IMG/VR virus record: IMGVR_UViG_3300028599_000009
Span: 1-42,421 of that record
DNA from: a virus
Taxonomy: Duplodnaviria; Caudoviricetes
DNA length: 42,421 nucleotides
Reading direction: 5' to 3' (one strand)
Part shown: positions 1 to 9,166 of the stretch, one piece after another
Position numbering within the stretch: the first letter of the stretch is position 1
Layout of the letters: each line of letters opens with the position of its first letter
Notes under the pieces: model-generated
What the model was told of the DNA's origin: nothing
Seen by the model: the letters and a program-made list of their open reading frames with translations, nothing else
Databases searched by the model: none
Made by a program: the position numbers and the translations under genes

Positions 1-139
1 AGGATTAGCATCTAATGGGTGGGCGAGCATATTTATCTTAAAACTACATTTATAGGTGGTTAGCTGCCAAGCATTATCACTAAGCTATTCTCCTTTGAGG
101 TTATTTCTATCTACTCCCCTGTAGATATTAGCCGGGAAC
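1..139. repeat. Terminal direct repeat, left copy (circular overlap)
   Basis: 1-139 matches 42285-42421 except for a 2-nt indel (GTAGATATTAGCC vs GTAGATTAGCC). Confidence 0.95.
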
Positions 140-160
140 TTAACGGAACCCGGCATTTTT
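131..160 (+). terminator. Intrinsic terminator between convergent operons
   Basis: GCCGGG-N12-CCCGGC hairpin followed by ATTTTTT; on the circular map it lies between the end of the right operon and the convergent SpoU gene. Confidence 0.65.
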
Positions 161-188
161 TAATACCGTCATCAATGTAAAAGCTGAA

Positions 189-623
189 TCATGATTTACT
201 TAGCCTGTCATATAGAATTACATTGACGGATGCTGCTAGATTCATACAGCCATTAGTAGGGACATATATAATATCCCTGCAAAAATCAGTAATTTGTTTG
301 CCTAGTGCGCCATCTTCAGGGCCAAATATATAGAACGCTCGTACAGGGTGCGTATATTCTATTAAGTTTGTAGCTCCTTCAATTAGATCGACAGCAACCG
401 GAACACAATCGTTGGGGATCGCTTCACGCAAATCATCAAAATAGAGTAAAGGGATGCGGCGATGGTATTTTGCCGGGTCTGTAACAAATTGTTTTGATTT
501 TTTGTATCGATGCCCGGTATAAGCTAAAAATGCGGCATCATAATTACCGCATGCACGCATAGCACTGCCAACGTTTGCGGGTGTTTTTGGATTAAAGAGC
601 CCAACTGCACAGTATCCTCTCAT
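189..623 (-). CDS. SpoU/TrmH-family (SPOUT) RNA 2'-O-methyltransferase, minimal TrmL-sized domain
   Basis: SPOUT motifs: PKTPANVGSAMRAC (motif 1), YIFGPEDGAL (motif 2), IYVPTNGCMNLAASVNVILYD (motif 3). Confidence 0.9.
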   Translation of the reverse strand: MRGYCAVGLFNPKTPANVGSAMRACGNYDAAFLAYTGHRYKKSKQFVTDPAKYHRRIPLLYFDDLREAIPNDCVPVAVDLIEGATNLIEYTHPVRAFYIFGPEDGALGKQITDFCRDIIYVPTNGCMNLAASVNVILYDRLSKS

Positions 624-805
624 GTATTCACCTTCAATTTGATAGATTCAAGCTCCCGGTCATGCAATACCCGGTGTTTAAGCGCTGTTTCTGGTGAGAT
701 CCAGGCATTAAGCGTATGGATTGAATAGCCGGTAATCTTGGCAATTTCAGGCCATGTCTTACCGGAATCGAGTTTGAGCTGTTTGAGTTGATCGGCGTTA
801 GTCAT
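620..805 (-). CDS. Small helix-turn-helix DNA-binding protein
   Basis: TWPEIAKITGYSIHTLNAW HTH pattern; ATGA overlap with the SpoU gene. Confidence 0.7.
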   Translation of the reverse strand: MTNADQLKQLKLDSGKTWPEIAKITGYSIHTLNAWISPETALKHRVLHDRELESIKLKVNT

Positions 806-971
806 TTAGATCTCCATCAAAAGTAAGAGCAAAGTCTTTTGCAGTTTCAGTCATTACCCAAGACTCAACATCTATGTAATCGCCAGATGAGTTATTAAAA
901 ATACGAACATCGAAATGATCATAAGTAGAGTCAAATTGATTTAGTAATTCTTTTAATTCTTTAAATGTCAT
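798..971 (-). CDS. Hypothetical protein (57 aa, MTFKELKELLNQFD...)
   Basis: Read manually; GAG RBS; overlaps the start of the HTH gene. Confidence 0.65.
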   Translation of the reverse strand: MTFKELKELLNQFDSTYDHFDVRIFNNSSGDYIDVESWVMTETAKDFALTFDGDLND

Positions 972-1022
972 AATAAATTCTCATTAGTCGAGTTTGAGCT
1001 GATCGGCGTTATTCATACATCC

Positions 1023-1184
1023 TCACTTATATTTATAATATGTTGATATAGGGCCGGGAACGCATGTATACCAGAAATGAACAGCGCTTTTCATGTCAAT
1101 TCTTGCAAGATTTGGATAGGTAACGCCCCGTTTCGATAATATGCCTTTGATGCTAATTTTCTCTTGTAGTGTTAGTTTTCTCAT
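1023..1184 (-). CDS. Hypothetical protein (53 aa, MRKLTLQEKISIKG...)
   Basis: Read manually; GAGGG RBS. Confidence 0.6.
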   Translation of the reverse strand: MRKLTLQEKISIKGILSKRGVTYPNLARIDMKSAVHFWYTCVPGPISTYYKYK

Positions 1185-1287
1185 AATAAGCCCTCATTAA
1201 GTGAGTTTAAGTAGTCTTCCTGACACTCCATCTCTACCCGGTAAAGGAGGATAAAAAGCAGAGCGCCAGGGATAAGGGTTAAGAAGA

Positions 1288-1620
1288 TCATGCGAACAGG
1301 TCTAAAACATCTTGATATCTGTCATCATCCTGATGGATTGATTCAGACATATATTGCATATTTGATTGCATGACAGTAATAAACCCATAGTTTGATAGCC
1401 CTATGATGTATGTTTTACCGTCGTCACCATCAACGATACGCATTTTTCTGTCAAAGGTTAGCTTTTTAGGCTTATTCCATCCACCGCGTGGGTTTTCAGT
1501 TACACGGACAGCGCGTTCGCCTTTTTTACCTGATTCAATCGAGAAAATAGCGGTAACTCGATTTTTACCATAAGGCCAATCGTTTACCGTGAGTTCTTTT
1601 TGTGGGTTTGAGTAGTTCAT
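1288..1620 (-). CDS. Hypothetical phage early protein
   Basis: 110-aa ORF, coupled to the upstream ORF. Confidence 0.75.
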   Translation of the reverse strand: MNYSNPQKELTVNDWPYGKNRVTAIFSIESGKKGERAVRVTENPRGGWNKPKKLTFDRKMRIVDGDDGKTYIIGLSNYGFITVMQSNMQYMSESIHQDDDRYQDVLDLFA

Positions 1621-1811
1621 TTGAATTCGCTCCTGATTTCGTCTTCAATGCGATGCTTTATGCCTTTACTAGCGGCACTTGCATCAAAGGCTACAACAAG
1701 CGCTCTATTGACTGGCATACCAGCTTTAATAAGGCCGCGTACTGAGGTATTGAGGTCGCTGTAAACGATGTCATACCAGCCTTGTGGGCCGTTTATACGT
1801 TGTTTCATCAT
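1617..1811 (-). CDS. Hypothetical protein (start MMKQRING)
   Basis: AGGGGA RBS before the ATG at 1811. Confidence 0.65.
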   Translation of the reverse strand: MMKQRINGPQGWYDIVYSDLNTSVRGLIKAGMPVNRALVVAFDASAASKGIKHRIEDEIRSEFK

Positions 1812-1871
1812 AATTCCCCTGTATAGGCAGTATTGCCACATTAACGCCCCGCAAGGCGCTAATATTGCAAG

Positions 1872-2483
1872 CTATGCCCGCATTGGCATGACAACAGCTA
1901 TTTTATTTTCATCTTTAATCAATACAGGAGACATTTCATCTGTGTATTGAATAACGGGGTCCGTAAACACAGAACACGCTTGCTTTAGGTACGCAGAATC
2001 GATAGTTATGTCATTGATTTGATAAACAGGCCGCGTTTTTCCTCCATAAATATGATCAGCTAGTGAGGCCTCAGATAAAAACATGTGCTTATCGCACTTA
2101 GGAATAATACGGTCGACGTCTGGAAACCTGGCATTGGCCTCGACCTTGATCATTTCTTTATTGTAGAATCCAGTCTCAATAGATTTATGTACAATATGTA
2201 ATCTATGCCCGTCTGTAGCCATAATCCGATTACCGTCTGAATAGATGTATTGCAGATAATGACGAACATCGTTCTTTGCCATTGCGAGCGCAACCCATTG
2301 TTCGTCGGTTTTGGGCTTTGCTGGTATGTTTGGCATGAAATAAGCATAAAGACGTGCCATTTCGATTTCATCAAATTGACCGCCATTATTCAGGGCTTCA
2401 CGAAAAGACGCATAGATAGCCCTTTTGCTGTACTCTGATTTATTCATACGGTCTGCTATTTGTGCTACTTTATTGATATTCAT
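1872..2483 (-). CDS. DNA polymerase III beta-clamp-like (partial DnaN fold) protein
   Basis: DVRHYLQYI, IMATDGHRL, RFPDVDRIIP and C-terminal VVMPMR resemble conserved DnaN motifs; only ~200 aa; AGGGGA RBS before 2483. Confidence 0.7.
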   Translation of the reverse strand: MNINKVAQIADRMNKSEYSKRAIYASFREALNNGGQFDEIEMARLYAYFMPNIPAKPKTDEQWVALAMAKNDVRHYLQYIYSDGNRIMATDGHRLHIVHKSIETGFYNKEMIKVEANARFPDVDRIIPKCDKHMFLSEASLADHIYGGKTRPVYQINDITIDSAYLKQACSVFTDPVIQYTDEMSPVLIKDENKIAVVMPMRA

Positions 2484-2523
2484 AGTAATTCCCCTTTCTG
2501 CTGTTTTCATGTCTCTATCCCCT

Positions 2524-2755
2524 GGTTAAATGTAATCTAGTTTGCTAAGTGAGAGTAAATACCATTAATTGCATGAGTAAAATTCAAGCCTAATTGCTTG
2601 CACTTCCATCTTATCTGCTGGATATAATCGCTCCATTCATAGCCTTCAGCGCGGCAAATTAATGAGCATTTAATTTCTCGCTCGTAAGCATTAACAGCTA
2701 GTAGTAACTCAGTCAGGTTATGCATGTCGCCTCTCATTAGGTTAAATGTAATCTA
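2524..2755. repeat. 16-bp direct repeat GGTTAAATGTAATCTA (2524-2539 and 2740-2755)
   Basis: Exact copies flank ORF 2537-2737. Confidence 0.85.
2537..2737 (-). CDS. Hypothetical protein, first gene of the left early island
   Basis: ORF directly downstream of the leftward promoter; start may be the internal Met. Confidence 0.55.
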   Translation of the reverse strand: MRGDMHNLTELLLAVNAYEREIKCSLICRAEGYEWSDYIQQIRWKCKQLGLNFTHAINGIYSHLAN

Positions 2756-2763
2756 CATAACCA

Positions 2764-2791
2764 AGTATAATGATAATACAGGGTATTGCAA
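2764..2791 (-). promoter_or_regulatory. sigma70-like leftward promoter
   Basis: Minus strand TTGCAA-16 nt-TATACT. Confidence 0.6.
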
Positions 2792-2838
2792 TACAATAGA
2801 GTAAATAAATATATAAATAGGCGCAATCGGTCAAGTTT

Positions 2839-2867
2839 TTGACTTGGGGATGTTATGTCATTAGAAT
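2839..2867 (+). promoter_or_regulatory. sigma70-like promoter for the packaging/structural operon
   Basis: TTGACT-17 nt-TAGAAT. Confidence 0.7.
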
Positions 2868-3078
2868 GAAAACATAATAACCATAAGCCGGGATCTGACT
2901 CGATCCGATCAAACTGTAGACCAGACAGCGATCATAAAGAAGATATCATAAACGGCAAAATGAACAGGTAAAGCTGCGACTGGATCAAAGGATAGTATAA
3001 ATCGGCAGGAGCCAATGTAACCGAGTTCCCTAGTGCCTGCATGGAACGCATAACTAAACATCCTGACAGGATAGAGAT

Positions 3079-3558
3079 ATGGCAGTAAACCAACAAGAAC
3101 TATCAGATAATCTCAAGAACTCTCAAGTCAAGCCTAAACATCCTGGCGGTAGACCTACCAAATACAATACAGTAACAGTCAGAAAGGCTAGAGAGTATCT
3201 ACAAGGTAAATTTAAGTCAGTGCCTACTATTGCAGGACTATGTGTTGCTCTGGGAGTGACAAGAGAGACTATTTATCAATGGATTAAGGATGAAAATAAG
3301 AAAGAGTTTTCTGACACTATTGCCTTAATGCCTGAAATTAAAGAAGAATTACTGATTCACAAGTCCCTAATTGGTGAGTTCAACAGCAATGTTTCCAAGC
3401 TTTTACTAGCTAGTGATCATGGTTATGACGGTGAGGCTAAGAGAGATTCAGGCATCACAGTCAACGTGGATCGAGGCAGAGTGGCAATAACTCAAGGTAA
3501 TCAAACAGTTAGCGTTGATACTGAAGTAGATGTGACACCAGTTATAGAGCATGAGTAA
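3079..3558 (+). CDS. terS: Terminase small subunit (P22 gp3-like)
   Basis: HPGGRPTKY and PTIAGLCVALGVTRETIYQW HTH; upstream of terL. Confidence 0.85.
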   Translation: MAVNQQELSDNLKNSQVKPKHPGGRPTKYNTVTVRKAREYLQGKFKSVPTIAGLCVALGVTRETIYQWIKDENKKEFSDTIALMPEIKEELLIHKSLIGEFNSNVSKLLLASDHGYDGEAKRDSGITVNVDRGRVAITQGNQTVSVDTEVDVTPVIEHE

Positions 3559-4063
3559 ACCCGCACGAAACAAGCTTAAGACATGGCATTACCGTACTAG
3601 CTCGCGCATATGGCTAGGTAGACACGACAGAAGCCCACTATGGTATGCATATTGCCATATAAACTGGCTGTTATATCAAGAGCTTAGCAGGTAGGTGGAA
3701 GGGGGTGGGTTGAAGGCAGGGCGGGCATGGAGTGTAGGGGTGGTAGAAGCCACATTACTGACCAATCAGTTTTACATGTTTGGGTGGCTGGTATCGGTAA
3801 GGGCCGCGAGGGGATCTAAATAGCCGTGATCCAACCAGCCATCCTCTCTCATATTATTGACTGATGGATTTTGAGATGAGTACTAAAGGCACATTGGGTT
3901 ATATCGACAACTGGTTCATTCACTATCACAGGTATCACGAATCGCTGGATCAGACTATTAGAGTTGATTTGAAAATACTTGGTATCACTATACTGAGTCA
4001 TTTCAAGATTAGAGATGTAGACTGGTAGATCCATATTGCGGTGTATGCGAGAACTATTTAGAG

Positions 4064-4303
4064 ATGGTCACGGATAAATTTACACAAACCAGACAGGTGA
4101 ATGTGATGAAAATACCAGAATATTTTGTTAAGGAAGGCGTTGAATTGTCTAAGGATATGACGCTATTTGGCGTCAGGATGGAGGAGTTATCAAGGGATGA
4201 GCTGCTGGCGGGGTGTGCTCGGGGCTGGAAGATGTATAACGACCAGGTACAGGAGAGCATTCGGACAATGGATACTTTTGCAAAACTGAAGTCAAGAATG
4301 TAA
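4064..4303 (+). CDS. Hypothetical protein
   Basis: ORF immediately upstream of terL; true start may be internal (MKIPEY). Confidence 0.6.
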   Translation: MVTDKFTQTRQVNVMKIPEYFVKEGVELSKDMTLFGVRMEELSRDELLAGCARGWKMYNDQVQESIRTMDTFAKLKSRM

Positions 4304-4306
4304 ATC

Positions 4307-5746
4307 TTGAACATAAATCTCCCACATAACTGGAATCCGCGTGATTATCAGGTTCCGTTGTGGAATGCGCTGGGATCGGACATTAAGAGGTTTCTTGCTG
4401 TCTGGCACAGGAGGGCTGGCAAGGATGATGTGATGATGCATCACAACGCCTGCTCAGCCTTTGAGCGAGTAGGGAACTACTGGTACTGCCTCCCTGAGTA
4501 CAACCAATGTCGCAAGGCCATATGGGATGCCATCAACCCTCATTCTGGGAAAAAGAGGGTAGAGGAAGCCTTTCCAGAGGAGATATGTGCGAACGTAAAT
4601 AATCAGGAAATGAAGATCACCTTCAAGAACGGCTCAATGTGGCAGTTGATGGGATCTGACAATTACAATTCACTGGTAGGCTCACCACCTATAGGGATTA
4701 CCTTTTCTGAATACGCTCTCTCTAATCCGACTTCATGGGGTTATCTCCGGCCTATATTATTGGAGAACGGTGGCTGGGCTAGTTTCAATACTACTCCCCG
4801 AGGTAAGAATCACGTCTACAGAATGGCTAATATGGCCGAGGACTCTGACGAGTGGTTCTATCAAAGACTCACCGCAGACGAGACCGGAGTCTTCACGCCT
4901 GAACAACTTGATGCTGAATTACAAGAACTTATAGCAGAGCACGGTGATGAAGCCTACGCCAGAGCCCTGTGGATGCAGGAATACTGGTGCTCCTTTGACG
5001 CTGCTCTACCCGGAAGTATATGGGGTTCTGCTACCGCCAATCTGGTCAAAAGGGGTGGTCTGAGGACTGTTCCATACACTCCGGGATATCCGGTTCACTC
5101 CGCCTGGGACTTGGGCAGGGATGATTTTACTTCTGTCTGGTTCTACCAGGCCATAGAAGGAGAACTGAATGTAATCGATTGTCATGAAGACAATTTCAAG
5201 GAGATTGAGGACTACGCTAAGGTACTGTATGAGAAGGGCAGGGACAGAAAATTGCGTTATGGCAAGCACTGGCTACCGCACGATGCCAAACCTACCCGAA
5301 TGGGTATGGGTGGTAAGTCTATCCTTCAGCAGTTCATGGACCAGAAAGAAGAGTACAAACTAGACAAAAACTTTGATATAGGTCAATTTGACATCTGTCC
5401 TAATTTCTCCACTCAGGACGGCATCCAGGCCGCCAGAAAGACTTTTCACATCGCTAATTTCGATAAACGCTACTGTGAAGACCAGTTTGATCACTTAAAG
5501 TCGTATCATAGGAAACGAGATGACGATACTAAGATGTTCTCCAAGGAACCTGTCCATGATATGCATTCTCACGCAGCAGATGCCTGGAGATACCTGTCGT
5601 TAACGTGGAAGATGTCAAAACAGACACAAATAATTATATCTGATGAGGAAAAACTTGTAATGGGCTCTGTAAGTGCTATAACATTTGGTGAAATAAAGAA
5701 GGAACACTTCAGGAAAATGAGAATGGCGCGGAATAACCGACTATGA
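4307..5746 (+). CDS. terL: Terminase large subunit
   Basis: WHRRAGKD Walker A, GITFSEYA Walker B, TPRGKN motif, AWDLG and HAADAWRY nuclease motifs. Confidence 0.95.
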   Translation: MNINLPHNWNPRDYQVPLWNALGSDIKRFLAVWHRRAGKDDVMMHHNACSAFERVGNYWYCLPEYNQCRKAIWDAINPHSGKKRVEEAFPEEICANVNNQEMKITFKNGSMWQLMGSDNYNSLVGSPPIGITFSEYALSNPTSWGYLRPILLENGGWASFNTTPRGKNHVYRMANMAEDSDEWFYQRLTADETGVFTPEQLDAELQELIAEHGDEAYARALWMQEYWCSFDAALPGSIWGSATANLVKRGGLRTVPYTPGYPVHSAWDLGRDDFTSVWFYQAIEGELNVIDCHEDNFKEIEDYAKVLYEKGRDRKLRYGKHWLPHDAKPTRMGMGGKSILQQFMDQKEEYKLDKNFDIGQFDICPNFSTQDGIQAARKTFHIANFDKRYCEDQFDHLKSYHRKRDDDTKMFSKEPVHDMHSHAADAWRYLSLTWKMSKQTQIIISDEEKLVMGSVSAITFGEIKKEHFRKMRMARNNRL

Positions 5747-5961
5747 AATATCAATACGAAGAATTCTACATTAAAAAGCCATGCAGGATTGGAGCGCGCC
5801 AAAAAAAATATGGCAAATGGTTTGATGCGTGGTGGTATTCAAAGCATTGGAAGTTAAGAAAAAACATGAAATTTGGTCATTCATTCACAGAAAAGAAATC
5901 TCTTATTAATCAGGTCAAGGCCCATCTAACAGGAAATACATTACGAAGGACTCAGTGCTAA
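5743..5961 (+). CDS. Basic hypothetical protein between terL and portal
   Basis: Overlaps terL (ATGA) and portal (TAATG); AT-rich. Confidence 0.55.
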   Translation: MKYQYEEFYIKKPCRIGARQKKYGKWFDAWWYSKHWKLRKNMKFGHSFTEKKSLINQVKAHLTGNTLRRTQC

Positions 5962-8240
5962 TGAACTATGATGATAGTGTTCAATATTGGCTCAACGAGA
6001 TTGAAGATGCCAGAAAAAGGGACAAGCACTTTCGTAAGGACGGTGAGACGATAAAATGTCTTTACAACGGTGAAAAGCCGGACGAAAACCCGTTCAATAT
6101 CCTCTATTCCAATACAGAGACACTTCAGCCCACATTATACTCTCAACTTCCACGTCCCCAGGTTAAGGAGAGATTTCCCCAAAAAGACAGCAAGGGCTTT
6201 ACTGTAGTCAATCCTCTCAATAAGGCGGTATCTGAAGCCTCTAACCATATGCTGTCGTACTTGATCGACACCAATGTAGAAGGGTTTGAAAAGTTCCACG
6301 ATGCGATGAAAGAGGCGGTTTTAGACGCACTCCTGCCCGGTAGAGGCGTGACTGCGGTTCAGTTCGATGCCGAGATCAAGAAAGACGCTGATGAGGTCGA
6401 ATGGGCCTGTGTCGTCGCCAATACCAAAAAATACAACAGGTTCTATCACGGATTTGCCACCAAGTGGGAGAAAGTCCCCTGGATAGCTTACGAGGAATAT
6501 ATAGATGAGGACGAGGCTAAGGATAAGTTTGGCGCTGAAATAGCCGAAAAGGTCCAATTCACGATTTCGGAGGAAGATGAAAAAAATCACACTGAAACAG
6601 AAGAACGCAGAAAAACCGCCCTCGTTTACCAGATATGGGAAAAGAACTCTAAGACTATCAAATGGGTCAGTCCTGCATACGACAGTTATCTTAAGGAAGA
6701 CGACGATCCTCTGGATATAACCGGGTTTTTCAACACACCAAAACCTTTAATGTTGCACAGGAAGTCAAATGACCTGACTCCGACCCCGCTTTATCAATTA
6801 TACGAAAACCAGGCCAAAGAGTTAAATAGACTAACAAGATCGATCAATAAAGTAGCCCATGCCATGAAAGTCAGGGGTGGGTATGACGGTAATCTAGGCG
6901 AATTAATGGAGCGCATCCTCGATGGAGAGGAAAATACATTAGTTTCGGTTGAAAACGTCACCGCCCTGATGGACGGGGGTTTCGAGAAGCACATCTGGCT
7001 GCTTCCTCTGGGAGAGCTTGCCGGAGTACTTCAGCAGCTCTATGCCTCAAGGGAGCAGTGTAAACAAACAATTTACGAGATTACCGGAATATCGGATATC
7101 TTGAGAGGCCAGAGCAAAGCCTCTGAAACTCTTGGAGCCCAGGAGAAGAAAGAAGCCTGGGGCATCATGCGTATCAAGAATATGCAGGGTGATGTTCAGG
7201 ACTACGTTAGAAGTATCTTGAGGATGATGCTCGATGTTGCGGTGAACAAAATCCCACAGAGATTGTGGATAAAAGTCACCGGACTACCCTATCCTACTCG
7301 GGAGAAGAAGGAAAAAGCATTAGAGCTTATTAATGCACTGAAGCCTCAAATACAGGAGTTGATGACTTCAGGCCAGGAACCACAGAGGCTTCAAAAATAT
7401 CAAAAAGAAGCAGGAGAGCTAACTGAACTACTATCCCAGCCCTCATGGGAGGACATCCTCGAAACACTTAATGAGGACTATATACGTTCGTTCAAGGTTG
7501 ATATCGAGACAAACTCGACCCTGGATGTCGAGGCGACCGAGGACAAAAAGAACATCTCCGAGGCTATGAATGCAATGGCTCAGTTCATGAACGGACTGAT
7601 GCCAATGGTTCAAAGCGGAATACTCCCGTTCGGTGCCGCCAAGTCACTTTTACTGGATATCTGCAAAAGGTACAGGTTTGGCCCCGAGGTCGAGGACGAA
7701 ATCAACGCGATGACCGAGCCCAAGGGTCCGAATGCGGAACAGGTCCAGGAACAGCAGAAAAAGCTGGCCGAAGAGAAGAAAAAGCTCGATCAGGAAAAAC
7801 AGAAATTCCAGGAAGAAATGAAGAAGGCTGGCGATAAATTAGACAAACAAGCGAACGATATTGAAAAAGACAATATGCGCTTTGAGTTCAAGAAGGAACT
7901 CTTCAAGCAGCAGCAAGAGATGGAGAAGAAACTCGCCTTAGAGGAAATCAAGAACGCAGACAAGGTAATGAGTGCTCAACAATCGTCTAATCAGGTCAAG
8001 GCCGAGACCAAGTTAACTCAAATCGTGACGAAATCTGAAAATTCCGTCAAGGACATGATCGAAAAACACGCACGAACAATTCAATCGATGGTGGACAAGC
8101 AGAATGCCAATATGGAGAAGGGCGAGAAGGCAGAGCCTCAATCGGTTATTATAAATGAAGCATCCCAACCAACCAGAAAGATAATCTCAATCAAAGAGAA
8201 TAACGGCGAGATGATTGGCGAAATCACCTCTGAAGAATAA
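5961..8240 (+). CDS. Portal protein with long C-terminal coiled coil (P22-like barrel)
   Basis: Follows terL; FNILYSNTETLQP and IYEITGISDILRG...ETLGAQ motifs; Q/E/K-rich heptad C-terminus. Confidence 0.9.
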   Translation: MNYDDSVQYWLNEIEDARKRDKHFRKDGETIKCLYNGEKPDENPFNILYSNTETLQPTLYSQLPRPQVKERFPQKDSKGFTVVNPLNKAVSEASNHMLSYLIDTNVEGFEKFHDAMKEAVLDALLPGRGVTAVQFDAEIKKDADEVEWACVVANTKKYNRFYHGFATKWEKVPWIAYEEYIDEDEAKDKFGAEIAEKVQFTISEEDEKNHTETEERRKTALVYQIWEKNSKTIKWVSPAYDSYLKEDDDPLDITGFFNTPKPLMLHRKSNDLTPTPLYQLYENQAKELNRLTRSINKVAHAMKVRGGYDGNLGELMERILDGEENTLVSVENVTALMDGGFEKHIWLLPLGELAGVLQQLYASREQCKQTIYEITGISDILRGQSKASETLGAQEKKEAWGIMRIKNMQGDVQDYVRSILRMMLDVAVNKIPQRLWIKVTGLPYPTREKKEKALELINALKPQIQELMTSGQEPQRLQKYQKEAGELTELLSQPSWEDILETLNEDYIRSFKVDIETNSTLDVEATEDKKNISEAMNAMAQFMNGLMPMVQSGILPFGAAKSLLLDICKRYRFGPEVEDEINAMTEPKGPNAEQVQEQQKKLAEEKKKLDQEKQKFQEEMKKAGDKLDKQANDIEKDNMRFEFKKELFKQQQEMEKKLALEEIKNADKVMSAQQSSNQVKAETKLTQIVTKSENSVKDMIEKHARTIQSMVDKQNANMEKGEKAEPQSVIINEASQPTRKIISIKENNGEMIGEITSEE

Positions 8241-9166
8241 TGTCCATTACCAATACAGCAGATCGGGTCAGGCTTGAGAGCAATGCTAAAAATGGCACGT
8301 TGAGTACACAGGGCGTTCTCAATGCAGATCAGATAAAGTTTGATACCAACATATCGACAAACAACGGCAATCTGGAAACAAGCCCAACCTTTGATGACCG
8401 CCATATTATTTTGCGAGAAGGTACAAGTACGGAAGAATTTAATATGGTTACGAGTATAGATGTCGATGGAGTGACCTGTACTTGTATAAACGATTGGGAC
8501 ACTGTCCCGGCCAGCGGTGATGCCTATGAAGTTCTGTATATTCCAGAAGACGTAAGCACGGTGCCGGGCTGTGATTTTGACTCTGTTTCTAGACAATTTA
8601 TAATGACGAAACGCCTTATTATCGGTGTCACGACAACGACAAAGGGCGGGCTTGGTATATCCAGGGGCAAGATTCTACGCACAGATGATCGTGGAACATT
8701 GAGTAATATACAGGTTAATTCACTTGGCTGGCTGTTGATCGGTATTCAGAAAAACCTGCCAAATGGCAACATCCTCTCGGAACGCGGTGGCTTGATCATT
8801 TTCGACAAAGCTACCAGTAATCAATTAGCCATGGACATCGACGGGCATGCTTATATGTATGACTTCGGCATGTTTTCGATGCGTTCACACGAACAAGTCG
8901 TTGGTTTGAAAGTTACCCACGATGCAAGTTCCACGATTCACTGGTCAGGTTTCCAGGGACATGGTATGGACACGCCTTACAAGAGAAGGAAAAAGCGATT
9001 CAAAAACATTGATGGCAATCTCCTATTATCAATCACTGACATTAAAGGTTCTGCGCCCTACAAGGGACATTTAAAGTCTGAGCTTGATCAAGTCCTATTC
9101 CAGTATATCGATGATGCTGGTGAAGCTGCTGACAATGAGATCATGATCATACTTGAGGACGGATAA
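8240..9166 (+). CDS. Hypothetical, probable virion-associated protein
   Basis: 308 aa, TAATG-coupled to portal; Thr/Asp-rich beta-type composition. Confidence 0.75.
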   Translation: MSITNTADRVRLESNAKNGTLSTQGVLNADQIKFDTNISTNNGNLETSPTFDDRHIILREGTSTEEFNMVTSIDVDGVTCTCINDWDTVPASGDAYEVLYIPEDVSTVPGCDFDSVSRQFIMTKRLIIGVTTTTKGGLGISRGKILRTDDRGTLSNIQVNSLGWLLIGIQKNLPNGNILSERGGLIIFDKATSNQLAMDIDGHAYMYDFGMFSMRSHEQVVGLKVTHDASSTIHWSGFQGHGMDTPYKRRKKRFKNIDGNLLLSITDIKGSAPYKGHLKSELDQVLFQYIDDAGEAADNEIMIILEDG

